This document shows, one piece after another, positions 44,483-54,641 of a stretch of 64,000 bases of DNA (its first letter is position 1; each line of letters starts with the position of its first letter). Position numbers and translations under genes: made by a program. Source of the stretch: Thermoplasmatota archaeon (GTDB taxonomy: Archaea; Thermoplasmatota; JAKEGO01); the NCBI GenBank assembly GCA_028279595.1, contig JANQNK010000001.1, positions 69,016-133,015 on the forward strand. The letters are read 5' to 3'. The notes beneath the pieces are model-generated. The model was not told where the DNA came from and searched no databases. It worked only from the letters and a program-made list of their open reading frames with translations.

Positions 44483-44485
44483 TCC

Positions 44486-45220
44486 TCATTTCAACATCTT
44501 GAAATCCCTGTCAAGACGGTTGGCCAGCTTCTTGACCTTTTTTCCGTGCTCCTTGTTGTAAGGACCGACCAAAACGAATGACCGGATCTCCTTCAGACCT
44601 CTTCCCTTCGAGACCCGGACCTCGGTCCCGTCGTCGATGATGAACCTCTTCATCCTTCCGTACTGATGGGCCATCTTCCGACCGATGTGGTGGTTGCGCC
44701 CGGACGCCCTGATCACCCTCTCGACGACCTCCTCGGTCTCGGACCGCGGCATCTTCGTTGTCGTGGCCAGCGCGGGGAACTTCCGCATGTTGTTGTACTG
44801 GTAGAGGGCAACGGCCAGGCTCACCAGCAGGGTCGTCAGGTTCAGGAGCATCATGGTGATATCGCCGTCACGCCATGGGATCGATATCATTATCACGACG
44901 ACCATCACCACTAGAGCAAATCCCAACATGGGGTACGATCGTTGGGTATGGTACGTCGTGGACCACCACCCCTTCGTCATCGGCCTCATGGATTCCCATC
45001 CGGCCTTCACGAGACCGATCACCAGTACAACGAACAGGACGGCACCCAGTAGCAGGAACATGAAGCAGATTTCCGCCGATTCGGAAGGGCCGAACCTCGC
45101 GAACGGCCCCCATATCAACACTACGAAGATGAATGCGATGGTAACGATGAAGATCGTCCCGACCTCCATCATCTTCCTGCTGGTCAATTTGAACATTGCA
45201 TCGACACGTCTCAGAGCCAT
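44486..45220 (-). CDS. hypothetical membrane protein with basic cytoplasmic C-terminal domain
   Basis: About four TMs, then a soluble K/R-rich segment of about 90 aa. Confidence 0.55.
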   Translation of the reverse strand: MALRRVDAMFKLTSRKMMEVGTIFIVTIAFIFVVLIWGPFARFGPSESAEICFMFLLLGAVLFVVLVIGLVKAGWESMRPMTKGWWSTTYHTQRSYPMLGFALVVMVVVIMISIPWRDGDITMMLLNLTTLLVSLAVALYQYNNMRKFPALATTTKMPRSETEEVVERVIRASGRNHHIGRKMAHQYGRMKRFIIDDGTEVRVSKGRGLKEIRSFVLVGPYNKEHGKKVKKLANRLDRDFKMLK

Positions 45221-45283
45221 GGTCCCTCACCTGGGCATGGCTCATTCGGATAAAGTAGATTTTGGTCTGTGGAATGGTCCCGG

Positions 45284-46975
45284 TCACTTGTGAGCGAAGT
45301 TGCAGACCACCCTGTCGCCTACCTCGACGACGTTCACGAACCCGAAACGTTCCAGCTGGACCACGGTCATCGGCTCGATCTTCTGCACGCCGTTCTCAAT
45401 GAAGCCCTTGAGGACCGCGCCGTCCGGCATCCGGACCTCGCAGGGTACCGCGATCGTCTCCGGAACAGCCTGGACCATCGGCGCACCCTTCTTCAGAACC
45501 GAGATATCGTTGCCGATGTAAACCCCTTTCCTGACCGTCGTGTCACCTGGCTCCAGTTCCACGTTGCAGAGGTCCTTGAGCCTGAGCACACCGCTCTCAG
45601 GCACCTCGCCACCCGGCAGGTATGCACTTATGGTCCCGTCCCTTGGTTCGATCCCGTACTCGCGGAACCCCCGGTCCGGATGGTTCGGCTGGACCGGCGC
45701 TTTCAATGTCAATGCCTCATCGGTGGCTATATCGAGTCTCACTGGGTCCGCGGAGAAGAACAACCTCATGGCGTCGTCGTCCACGGCCTTCTTGTTCTGG
45801 GCGAAGAGGTTCTTCCAGGAGAATACGATATCGACCTCGTTGGTCCCGACCTCCTTCCAGGTCTCCCGGATGGCCTCGGGCTGTATGCCCCTCGCCTTCA
45901 TGGTCTTCAGTGTCCCGAGCCGGACGTCGTCCCAGCCGGAATAGGCGTCGGCGGCTATGGCCTCCTTGATCGTGGACGTCTTCAGTACGGCGCCGTCGAT
46001 CTTGACCCAGCCGTAGTGCTTGAATACCGGTTCGGGCCATCCGAAGTGCCTGTAGACGTACTGCTGTCTGATCGTGTTGTTGAGGTGGTCCTTGCCCCGG
46101 AGGATGTGCGTCATGCCCATCAGGTGATCGTCCACCGCCACTGCGAAGTTGTACGTTGGATAGACCCGGTATTTATCCCCCGATCGCGGATGGGGGTCCT
46201 CCACTATCCTCATCGCGACGAAGTCCCTTACTGCAGGGTTCTTGTGTTCGAGGTCCGTCTTGACCACGAGGGAGGCCTCACCCGGCGAGAAGGTCCCGTC
46301 GAGCATCCTCTTCCAGTCGCCGGTGCCGTCCGTGTCCCGGTGCTCGCACGCGACCGATGCAGCCTTCTTCTCACGCCATTCCTCCACCGGACAGGTGCAG
46401 ACGTAGGCGGCGCCCATCTCGAGGAGCAATTTGGCGTGTCCGTAGTAGGTCTCCATCCGGTCGCTCTGTGCGACGACCTCGGTGACCTCTACGCCGAGCC
46501 ACTCGGCGTCCTCCTCGATCATCACGTAGGCTTCTGGTAGGATGTTGGTAGGATTCGTGTCCTCGATCCTGAGGACCATCCTGCCTCCGTAGCGTTTGAC
46601 GTATTCGTCATTGAGGATCAGTGCCCTGGTGTGTCCGAGGTGGAGCGGACCGGACGGGCCGGGAGCGAAGCGCATGACCACCTCTCCTTCCCATTCCTTT
46701 CCGGAGCCATCGAGCAGTGGAGGGAGTCCCTTCTGCACCTGCCTCTCGGGCGCTTCGTAGCCGAGGTCCTCGAGAGCGGCGAGCTGCTGGTCCGTGGTCA
46801 TGGCGTTGACACCCTCGGCCAGCCGGGTTGCCAGTTCCATCACGGTCTCCACGTCCGAACGCAGTTCCGGGTGGTCTCCCAGGATAGCACCCAGGACGGC
46901 CTTCGGCTGTGCCTTGCCGTCATGCTTCGTCGCGTTGACGAGCAGCAGCAGCTTGATCTCGTCCGCAAGGGCCAT
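45284..46975 (-). CDS. gltX: glutamyl-tRNA synthetase (archaeal type)
   Basis: RFAPGPSGPLHLGHTRA (HIGH-like), RIEDTNP, class I core and archaeal C-terminal anticodon-binding region. Confidence 0.9.
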   Translation of the reverse strand: MALADEIKLLLLVNATKHDGKAQPKAVLGAILGDHPELRSDVETVMELATRLAEGVNAMTTDQQLAALEDLGYEAPERQVQKGLPPLLDGSGKEWEGEVVMRFAPGPSGPLHLGHTRALILNDEYVKRYGGRMVLRIEDTNPTNILPEAYVMIEEDAEWLGVEVTEVVAQSDRMETYYGHAKLLLEMGAAYVCTCPVEEWREKKAASVACEHRDTDGTGDWKRMLDGTFSPGEASLVVKTDLEHKNPAVRDFVAMRIVEDPHPRSGDKYRVYPTYNFAVAVDDHLMGMTHILRGKDHLNNTIRQQYVYRHFGWPEPVFKHYGWVKIDGAVLKTSTIKEAIAADAYSGWDDVRLGTLKTMKARGIQPEAIRETWKEVGTNEVDIVFSWKNLFAQNKKAVDDDAMRLFFSADPVRLDIATDEALTLKAPVQPNHPDRGFREYGIEPRDGTISAYLPGGEVPESGVLRLKDLCNVELEPGDTTVRKGVYIGNDISVLKKGAPMVQAVPETIAVPCEVRMPDGAVLKGFIENGVQKIEPMTVVQLERFGFVNVVEVGDRVVCNFAHK

Positions 46976-47785
46976 TCATTCCCTCCAGTCGTATCCGGGC
47001 GTCCTCGGCCCGAGCTTCAGGACCAGGGGCATCCTCCTCTTGTGGGCGGACCCCCGGACCATATCCCGGACCCTCTTCACCTCGTCCACAGGGATGTCCT
47101 CGCGGGATGATATCGTCTCGTCATCAAGGCGCATCTCCAGTCCGCGGAGGATCCGGTCGAGGGTCCCGTAGTCGATACCGAGGTCGTCCTCGTCGCACTG
47201 GCCCGGAAGCAATCCTGCCGTCGGCGCCTTTTCGATGAAGGAGGCGGGCACGCCGATCTCTTCGGCAAGCACACGCACCTGCGATTTGTATAGGTCCCCG
47301 ATGGGGAGGTAGTCCGACCCTCCGTCCCCCCATTTCGTGAAGTAACCGACGAGGAGCTCCGTCTTGTTCGAGGTTCCGAGGACGAGGCGGTCCTCCTCGT
47401 TCGCCAGCGCGTAGAGCAGGCTCATCCTGATCCTCGCCTTGAGGTTGGCCATCGTCACGGGTCCAGAGGACGCCATCGGTCCTGCAGCGACCTCGACGAT
47501 TCCCCCTATCGGGACGACGGTGTAAGCGACCCCGAGCTCCTCGCACAGGGTCCTGGCGTCCGCCATATGAACTCCCTCCTCCGAGCTGTCGTCGAGGGTC
47601 TCGGGCATCAGCAATGCCTTGGTCCTGTCGGCACCGAGCGAGTCGGCGGCCAGTTTCAGCACGACGGCTGAGTCCAGTCCGCCGCTCACTGCGACGGCGA
47701 CCCCTTTGCTCCCCGACGTCTCCAGGTTGTCCCTCAGGAACCTGTCGATCGTGGCAACGGCATCCTCGGGCGGTCTCATGCTCAT
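46976..47785 (-). CDS. nadE: NH3-dependent NAD+ synthetase
   Basis: PP-loop VAVSGGLDSAV. GTSNKTELLVGYFTKWGDGG block. Its stop abuts the gltX start. Confidence 0.9.
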   Translation of the reverse strand: MSMRPPEDAVATIDRFLRDNLETSGSKGVAVAVSGGLDSAVVLKLAADSLGADRTKALLMPETLDDSSEEGVHMADARTLCEELGVAYTVVPIGGIVEVAAGPMASSGPVTMANLKARIRMSLLYALANEEDRLVLGTSNKTELLVGYFTKWGDGGSDYLPIGDLYKSQVRVLAEEIGVPASFIEKAPTAGLLPGQCDEDDLGIDYGTLDRILRGLEMRLDDETISSREDIPVDEVKRVRDMVRGSAHKRRMPLVLKLGPRTPGYDWRE

Positions 47786-47791
47786 CCTTCT

Positions 47792-48745
47792 TCACCTCGC
47801 TCCGTTGAAATGGTCTCTCACTCTAGCTAGGACGGCCTCCACGGCCTCCTCGATCATGTTATCGGGGGCGTTCAATCCAGCGGCTCCGGCGTGGCCTCCC
47901 CCCCAGCCGCCGACGTCCTTTCCGACCTCCTCCAGGATCATCCCCAGATGGAGGTCGCCGTCGACGACCTCGGGCCTCGCCCTGGCGCTTATCCTGCCGC
48001 CGCCGTTCTTCTTGTTCGAGGAAACGATCGCGACGTCGGCTCCGGCGTGGATCAGTATCCTGGCGGCGCCGCCCTCGTAGGCGGATATCCGGGACATCGC
48101 GATGACCCTGTCACCCTCCCTCTCGACCCTGGTCCTCTGGAGTGTCCGAAGGAGCGCTATCCTCCTCGACACATCGAAGTAGTGGTCGGTCTCCACCAGT
48201 GCGAGCGCACCGGTGATGTCGCCTCCCGCGTCCATGAGGTCGGCCGCGGTCCTGAGCGATCCCGCGTCCGCGAACCGGAACCGCGCCGTGTCGGCGAGGA
48301 TCCCGGCCAGTGCTATCCTAGAGTCCTCTGGCGAGAGCGTGACATCCATCTCGTCAAGTATCCTGAGGACGACCTCGACGCATGACGGTCTGTCCTCGTC
48401 CTGGATGTGGACGGCGTCCTTCCACCCGTCCTGAGGGCGGTGGTGGTCTATCACGAGGTCGGGGGTGATGGTCCTGTCCGGCGTCAGCATCTCGGGAGTG
48501 CTCGCATCGACCACGACGATGACCTCGTAGCCATCCGGGTCCGGGTCGATGGTGTAATCGATACCCAGGTTCGCGGCCATCTCCTTTGCCGTGTTCCCGA
48601 GGTCGCCGAACGAACCGATGGTGCTATCCTCGAATATCCGTGAGATGAGCCACGCGCTCGCCAGCGCATCTGGGTCTGCCTGGGTGTGCATGAGCACTAG
48701 CGCAGGACCCTTCCCGGTCAGTTCGCGGACCCTCTCCACGTCCAT
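47792..48745 (-). CDS. DHH/DHHA1 phosphoesterase (NrnA-like)
   Basis: HTQADPDALAS, VVVDAS, DHHRP and GGGHAGAAG motifs. Start at internal Met MDVERVRELTG. Confidence 0.8.
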   Translation of the reverse strand: MDVERVRELTGKGPALVLMHTQADPDALASAWLISRIFEDSTIGSFGDLGNTAKEMAANLGIDYTIDPDPDGYEVIVVVDASTPEMLTPDRTITPDLVIDHHRPQDGWKDAVHIQDEDRPSCVEVVLRILDEMDVTLSPEDSRIALAGILADTARFRFADAGSLRTAADLMDAGGDITGALALVETDHYFDVSRRIALLRTLQRTRVEREGDRVIAMSRISAYEGGAARILIHAGADVAIVSSNKKNGGGRISARARPEVVDGDLHLGMILEEVGKDVGGWGGGHAGAAGLNAPDNMIEEAVEAVLARVRDHFNGAR

Positions 48746-48989
48746 CGCCCCGATATTCAGGAGGACTCTACTTAAACGTAATTGCAGGAAGCCCTCATCA
48801 AGCAAGGAATTCGCCCCTGGATCCCCGGTCTGGGACCCCTGCCTCTCCCCCAATCTTAAAATATGGTACCGTGATACGGGATGGAGGGATAGATTGGGAC
48901 AGGTCCGTAGATCTAGCTACCGCCAGCCGCCAACCCCCGAGGGACTCAAGAAGATCGAGGACGGGACGCTCGAGCACTTCGACATCGAG

Positions 48990-51008
48990 ATGTTCTCGAA
49001 CATGAACACCGAGGTCCTCGAGGAGTACCTCGACGAGAAGAACAGGACCTCGGGCTTCGAGAGGAGCAAGTGGAACTGGCCAAAGATAGGTCTCGGTCTG
49101 GTGATCGGCATGGCCTTCGCCATGATCAACCAGTACGTCGGTCTGAAGATCGGTCTCATCACCGGCGGCGCATGGTACATGGCATACCTCATGGGAATGG
49201 CCCTCAAGTGGAGCCCCACCGAGGTCAACATGACCGCGGGGACGGCCACTGGCGCTGACAGGACATGTACAGGCTTCGTCTTCACCTACCCGGCGATCTT
49301 CCTCTTGGCATACGCCGCTGCGGACAATCCAGTTACCGCGGGCTATCTGAAGCCAGGCGGCGTCGGGACGTTCATATCGGAGGGAGATATCCCGCCCCTC
49401 GCCATCGCCTACATGGCCGCAGTGCTCGGCGCCCTGCTCGGCATCATGTACTTCATCATCTTCAGGCGTATTTGGCTCGTGGAGGATCCCCTCCCCATGC
49501 CCGGTTTCCAGGCCGCCGTGAAGCTGATGGACATCACCAACGATCTCTCCGCCGGTTCATCGGACGAGGCAAGACGATCGCTCAGGATAGTAACCATGGT
49601 CGGCGGAGGAATGGCTTTCTTCACGTTCCTTCGGGACTTCCCGTTCCATTCGAACGACAATTCCGTACTTTCGGAAGCCTTCCACGGGAATCCCCACTAT
49701 CACAACGGTGAGATCAAGGTGGCGGACGACGCCGACATCTCGAGATACACCCATCTGGGCTATGAACTGACCGGTATCCAGCTCGCGATCGGCTGGTTCA
49801 TGAAGTTCAGGACCGCATTCCTGGTCAGCCTCGGGACACTCTTCACATGGTATGTCATCGTGCCCCTGGCTGTCGGGATGGACGTACCAGCATACGTGCC
49901 CATCGTCCCCGGCTCGAACCCGGCGTCCGAAGGGTTCATAGCACCTGCCTATTTCCCCGATAAACTGGGAACCGTCAACGCAACTGCCGCTTACTTCGCC
50001 TACGGACGCGTCGCAAGGGTCATGGCGATAGGCGCGATCCTCGGAGGCGGTTTCACCGGCCTGCTGAAGATGGCCCCGACCTTCAAGACCGCGACCGCGG
50101 ACATCCAGGGCCTCGTCAAGGGCGGCGACGGCGTCGCCAGGAAGGACTTCTCCCCCGGCAAGGGCTGGTACGAGTGGCCCGTCACCCACATCCCGATCTA
50201 TGCGGGCTTCGTGCTGGTTGCGATGACCTTCGTGTTCGTCGCTGGTGGTTTCCCGGTCATGCAATCGGCGGCCTTCAGCATAGTCCTGGTCATCGTGACG
50301 TTCATCCTTGGCGCTATCGCCATCAAGGTTGCCGGAGAGGTCGGGATCACACCGGTCTCTGGAACCAGTTTCATCACCCTGTTGCTACTGGTCGGTGTAT
50401 TCACTGCACTCGGCACCGACTCGAAGACCACCGCCATCATGGCGCTGTTCGGCACCACGATATTCGGCACTTCGATCTCACTCTCCAGCGACATCACCTA
50501 CGACTTCAAGGTCGGGCTGTACTGCGGTACCAGACCCGCTCACCTGATGCGCGGCGAGATGACCGGGATCGCATTCGGAACGATCATCGCGGCCACGTTC
50601 GCGACGATATTCTCCAAGGGTCTCGTGGACGGCGACATCGAGCTGGCCGCACCCCAGGCCCACGCCTTCGCGACCTTCACCCAGATCGTCATGGGCGGCA
50701 AGGTCCAGTGGTCGATATTCGGGCTAGGCATCTGTATCGGCATTTTCATGGAACTGCTGACAGGCATGGGGACCGCGTTCGGACTCGGAATGTACCTTCC
50801 GATCCAGGTCACCCTGCCGTTCCTTGTCGGCGGCGGCGCGAGGGACCTGTGGGAGAAGCACTACCTCGAACCCACTGCAAAGGCCGAGGGATGGGACGAG
50901 AGGAAGAAGACGATGAAGCTCCTGGAGACCTACATGATAGCCACAGGTCTCCTTGTTGGTGAAGCAGTCATGGGAGCCATAATCGCCGTCTACATGATCG
51001 GCCAGTGA
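48990..51008 (+). CDS. OPT-family oligopeptide transporter
   Basis: About 16 TM helices, with QYVGLKIGLITGG and GEVGITPVSG blocks. Start uncertain; the long 5' extension in the ORF track overlaps the DHH gene. Confidence 0.75.
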   Translation: MFSNMNTEVLEEYLDEKNRTSGFERSKWNWPKIGLGLVIGMAFAMINQYVGLKIGLITGGAWYMAYLMGMALKWSPTEVNMTAGTATGADRTCTGFVFTYPAIFLLAYAAADNPVTAGYLKPGGVGTFISEGDIPPLAIAYMAAVLGALLGIMYFIIFRRIWLVEDPLPMPGFQAAVKLMDITNDLSAGSSDEARRSLRIVTMVGGGMAFFTFLRDFPFHSNDNSVLSEAFHGNPHYHNGEIKVADDADISRYTHLGYELTGIQLAIGWFMKFRTAFLVSLGTLFTWYVIVPLAVGMDVPAYVPIVPGSNPASEGFIAPAYFPDKLGTVNATAAYFAYGRVARVMAIGAILGGGFTGLLKMAPTFKTATADIQGLVKGGDGVARKDFSPGKGWYEWPVTHIPIYAGFVLVAMTFVFVAGGFPVMQSAAFSIVLVIVTFILGAIAIKVAGEVGITPVSGTSFITLLLLVGVFTALGTDSKTTAIMALFGTTIFGTSISLSSDITYDFKVGLYCGTRPAHLMRGEMTGIAFGTIIAATFATIFSKGLVDGDIELAAPQAHAFATFTQIVMGGKVQWSIFGLGICIGIFMELLTGMGTAFGLGMYLPIQVTLPFLVGGGARDLWEKHYLEPTAKAEGWDERKKTMKLLETYMIATGLLVGEAVMGAIIAVYMIGQ

Positions 51009-51018
51009 CAGCCCTATC

Positions 51019-51037
51019 CCGGTCATAGCGTGACCGG
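51019..51037 (+). terminator. 7-bp stem / 5-nt loop hairpin just after the OPT stop
   Basis: ccggtca tagcg tgaccgg. Confidence 0.35.
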
Positions 51038-51127
51038 TCGATATTCGATAACATGCAGCCTTGCGGCCGTCCCCTGCAGGCGGAAACATGATAAAAGACC
51101 GGACCTTTCACTTTCCTTGGTGACCCC

Positions 51128-52348
51128 ATGAACGACTCCATTCGGGCAGATTTCCCGTTCCTGCAGAGGGACCCTACTCCGATCTATTTCGACAACGCAT
51201 GCATGACCCTGAAGCCGAGGCAGGTCATCGACGCGCTGATGGAGTACTACAACGACTATCCTGTATGCGGTGGAAGGAGCGTCCACGAAGCCGGCATGGA
51301 GGTGACCGTCAAGGTCCAGGAGTCGAGGGACACCTTCGCCAGCACCTTCGGTCGCGAACCCCACGAGGTCATCTTCACGAAGAACACCACCGAGGCCATC
51401 AACCTCGTCGCCAAGGGGTATCCGTTCGAGAAGGGCGATAGGGTGCTTACGACCGGCTACGAGCACAATTCCAACATCATCCCGTGGCTCCAGATGTCCC
51501 GGTTGAAGGGGATCGAGGTGGTCCCGGTACCTCCTGCGGAGGACCTCACCTTCGACATCGAGCCCTTCGCAGAGGAGATATCGAAGGGCGCGGCTATGGT
51601 CTCGGTCACTCACACATCGAACCTGAACGGTTACACGATCCCCCTGGACGACGTGGTCAAGCTGGCACACGAGAACGATGTCCCGGTACTGGTGGATGGT
51701 GCACAGGGAGCACCCCACAGGCGGGTGGACCTGGGCAAGTGCGACGTCGACCTCTACGCACTGTCCGTCCACAAGATGCTCGGCCCGACCGGGGTCGGCG
51801 TACTCCTCGGAAAGGAGGAATACCTGACACAGCTGGAAGCGCTTTGCCCCGGCGGCGGTACGGTCACCAGCGCCTCCTATTCCGGCTACGAGCCCGCGGA
51901 CCTGCCGGACAGGTTAGAGGGCGGACTCCAGGACTACGCTGGCATAATCGCCTCGAAGGCGGCGGTGGACTACCTGATGAAGGTCGGCCCCGAGACGATA
52001 GAGGAGCACGAACGTCTCCTCAACACCAGGGCGACCGAGGGCCTCCTCGATATCGAGGGGATCTCCATCGTCCCGCCGGCGGACCCTGCTCTCCGCGCCG
52101 GGATAATCTCGTTCAACGTCGAGGGCATGAACCCCCACGACATCGCGATACTCCTAGATGACATCGGGAACATCATGATCCGGTCGGGCCAGCACTGCGT
52201 CAACACGTGGTTCGACTCCGTTTCCGACAAGGGGATAACGGGCACTGCCAGGGCCTCGTTCTACGTCTACAATACCGTCGAAGAGGTCGATATCTTCCTC
52301 GAGAACATGCGCGGGATGACGAACTTCATGGGCGGGGAGATCGCCTGA
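51128..52348 (+). CDS. cysteine desulfurase (class V aminotransferase, SufS/CsdA-like)
   Basis: FDNACMTLKP, HEHNSNIIPW-like block, PLP lysine in SVHKMLGPTG, catalytic Cys in RSGQHC. Confidence 0.88.
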   Translation: MNDSIRADFPFLQRDPTPIYFDNACMTLKPRQVIDALMEYYNDYPVCGGRSVHEAGMEVTVKVQESRDTFASTFGREPHEVIFTKNTTEAINLVAKGYPFEKGDRVLTTGYEHNSNIIPWLQMSRLKGIEVVPVPPAEDLTFDIEPFAEEISKGAAMVSVTHTSNLNGYTIPLDDVVKLAHENDVPVLVDGAQGAPHRRVDLGKCDVDLYALSVHKMLGPTGVGVLLGKEEYLTQLEALCPGGGTVTSASYSGYEPADLPDRLEGGLQDYAGIIASKAAVDYLMKVGPETIEEHERLLNTRATEGLLDIEGISIVPPADPALRAGIISFNVEGMNPHDIAILLDDIGNIMIRSGQHCVNTWFDSVSDKGITGTARASFYVYNTVEEVDIFLENMRGMTNFMGGEIA

Positions 52349-52930
52349 TCACTTCTGGTTGAGACGTCCGTTCACTATCGCCGCGATCCCGACAGCACCG
52401 ATGAAGACCATCGCGATTATGAACACGAACAGCAGGCTCAGTTCGTCCTCGGGATCGAACATGAGCTCGACGTCGTGCTCCGACATGTCGAGGGTGAACC
52501 TCACCGTTCCATTGCTGTACTTGTAATCCGACCAGACCTCTCCGTCGAGATAGGCGCTGAAGACCTCCGGGACACCGACGATGGCGTATCTGTTGGTGCC
52601 GTTCCCCACGAACTCGATCTTCAGACTCCCGATGGCGTCGAGGTATCTGGCCACACCCTGGGCCATTATCTCGGTCAGGTCGGCGAAGACACCTCCCAGG
52701 TAGATGGTGATGTTCGCGACGTTCACTTCCTTGACATAGAGCGTGTTGTTCAGTATGTCGTAGGCTATGACCAAACGGCCCGGCATCGACGCGTTCTCCA
52801 GGTCCGCAGTGTAGAACATGCTGTCGCCGTCGCTGACCGTGAAGCTCATCCTCACGTCCGCTCCGGAGGCGGCCGGGGCCATTACTGGCACGGCAAGGAG
52901 CATGACGGCGATCAGCAGGCACGAACGCAT
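52349..52930 (-). CDS. hypothetical exported protein with C-terminal TM anchor
   Basis: Internal Met MRSCLLIAVMLLAVPVMAPAASG (signal). C-terminal TM LLFVFIIAMVFIGAVGIAAIV. The upstream part of the track ORF overlaps adk antisense. Confidence 0.5.
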   Translation of the reverse strand: MRSCLLIAVMLLAVPVMAPAASGADVRMSFTVSDGDSMFYTADLENASMPGRLVIAYDILNNTLYVKEVNVANITIYLGGVFADLTEIMAQGVARYLDAIGSLKIEFVGNGTNRYAIVGVPEVFSAYLDGEVWSDYKYSNGTVRFTLDMSEHDVELMFDPEDELSLLFVFIIAMVFIGAVGIAAIVNGRLNQK

Positions 52931-53015
52931 GACCCGATTTCCCCTGAAACGGATATAAGGATTGCGGTCGGAAGTGTTATAAGCGCGTCCCACATGGGTG
53001 CGAACGGTGACAACC

Positions 53016-53645
53016 ATGAGGATCGTGCTTCTGGGCGCCCCTGGCGCCGGCAAGGGAACCGCTGCGAAGATGCTGTCGGACACTCTGAACGTACCGCACC
53101 TGTCAGCGGGCGACCTCCTCCGGGAGAACGTGGCTGGAGGGACCGATCTGGGCATCCAGGCCAAGACCTTCATGGATGCTGGAGGACTCGTTCCCGACGA
53201 CCTCGTCATCGGGATGATGCGCGAGCGTCTTGCCCGTGACGACTGCCAGACCGGATTCATCCTCGACGGTTTCCCGAGGACCCTCGATCAGGCCGAGGCA
53301 CTCTCGACGGTCACCGGCATCGATGTGGTCCTCAACATCGTCGTTCCCGAGGACGTGATAGTCAAGCGCCTCTCGGGCCGGCGCGTGTGCCCGTCCTGCG
53401 GCGCGGTGTTCAACGTCGACAACAACCCGCCTCAGACCAACGGGGTCTGCGACAGCTGCGGAGGTGACCTGATCCAGCGCGACGACGACCAGCCGGAGAC
53501 CATAGCCCAGAGGTTCGCGACCTACAGGGAGAAGACCGAACCTCTCATCGCGTTCTACACCAGGGACGACCTCGTCCGCGAGATCGACAGCAGCGGATCG
53601 GTCGAACAAACGAGGGAGAACACGAGGGCCGCCCTTGGTTTGTGA
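53016..53645 (+). CDS. adk: adenylate kinase (long bacterial type with Cys4 zinc lid)
   Basis: MRIVLLGAPGAGKGT, GFILDGFPRT, and lid CPSCG...CDSCGG. Confidence 0.9.
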   Translation: MRIVLLGAPGAGKGTAAKMLSDTLNVPHLSAGDLLRENVAGGTDLGIQAKTFMDAGGLVPDDLVIGMMRERLARDDCQTGFILDGFPRTLDQAEALSTVTGIDVVLNIVVPEDVIVKRLSGRRVCPSCGAVFNVDNNPPQTNGVCDSCGGDLIQRDDDQPETIAQRFATYREKTEPLIAFYTRDDLVREIDSSGSVEQTRENTRAALGL

Positions 53646-53829
53646 TACAGCCCAGTGGCGAACGCGCTCGCTGACACGTCAATTGGTCAGCAACGCGTAT
53701 CGGGAGTGCAGGACGGTCGAACCTCTGTTGGTGCTCCCCACATGTTGTCCGTCAGGACCTTGCCTCACCTGTAACGGTGGGAGTACCGACGGTCAGCGAT
53801 CTGGCTATATAAGCGACGGCAGACCGCAA

Positions 53830-53838
53830 TTATAAATA
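53830..53838 (+). promoter_or_regulatory. TATA-like box TTATAAATA upstream of psd
   Basis: Lies 23-31 nt upstream of ATG 53861, consistent with a leaderless transcript. Confidence 0.45.
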
Positions 53839-53860
53839 GATTTCAATCCCTCACTGGGGC

Positions 53861-54586
53861 ATGGGCATCGTGCAGGGCGGGTGGCGCTTCGCATCGCTGC
53901 CGCTGACGTTCGCGGTCCTGACGGGGATATTCGCGAACATCGAGCGGCTCGAGTTCGTTCCGGGTATCGACATGCTCGAGACGTACACAGGCTACCTTCC
54001 TATCCTCATCTACTGGATCCTCTCCATCGCATTGTTCCTACTCGCTGGATTCATTCTCTTCTCCTTCCGGGACCCCAAGAGGCTCATCGGAAAGGGGATA
54101 GTCTCCCCGGCCGACGGCAAGGTGAAGTTCGTCCGGACCGAGGGCGGAAAACTCCACATCAGCATCTATCTGGGCGTCACGAATGTCCATGTCGTTCGTG
54201 CACCGATCTACGGTTCCGTGAAGAACCTGCTTCACAGGAAGGGGAAGCATCACCTGGCCTACAAGCCGGAGAGCATGAACAACGAGCGGTGGGTCCTGAC
54301 CATGAACACACCGAGCGGCGAGATCGGGGTAGCCATGATCACAGGCGGGTTCGCCCGGCGGGTTATACCCTTCATGCGGATGGGCGACAAGATCAAGAAG
54401 GGCGAGAAGATCGGCTTCATCAGGTTCGGATCGAGGGTCGACCTGCTCCTACCCCAGACGTTCGAGCCGAACGTGGCCCCAGGATCGAGGGTCAGGGCGG
54501 CCATCGACACCATCGCCGTGGAATCGAAGGACCCCGGCAAGGAGAGCAACTTCGGCGACGCCTGGGTCATGTCGAGGAAGAGGTGA
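53861..54586 (+). CDS. psd: phosphatidylserine (archaetidylserine) decarboxylase proenzyme
   Basis: FRDPKR, SPADGKV, and self-cleavage-type IRFGSRVDLLLP motif. Confidence 0.85.
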   Translation: MGIVQGGWRFASLPLTFAVLTGIFANIERLEFVPGIDMLETYTGYLPILIYWILSIALFLLAGFILFSFRDPKRLIGKGIVSPADGKVKFVRTEGGKLHISIYLGVTNVHVVRAPIYGSVKNLLHRKGKHHLAYKPESMNNERWVLTMNTPSGEIGVAMITGGFARRVIPFMRMGDKIKKGEKIGFIRFGSRVDLLLPQTFEPNVAPGSRVRAAIDTIAVESKDPGKESNFGDAWVMSRKR

Positions 54587-54589
54587 TCC
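54580..54589 (+). promoter_or_regulatory. strong Shine-Dalgarno GAGGTGATCC spanning the psd stop
   Basis: 10-nt complement of the canonical 16S 3' end. Lies 4 nt before the in-frame ATC at 54594 and 52 nt before the first ATG of pssA. Confidence 0.55.
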
Positions 54590-54641
54590 CACGATCGGAA
54601 GAAGGGACCTACCTGACATTCTCTCCATCACCAACGGGACC

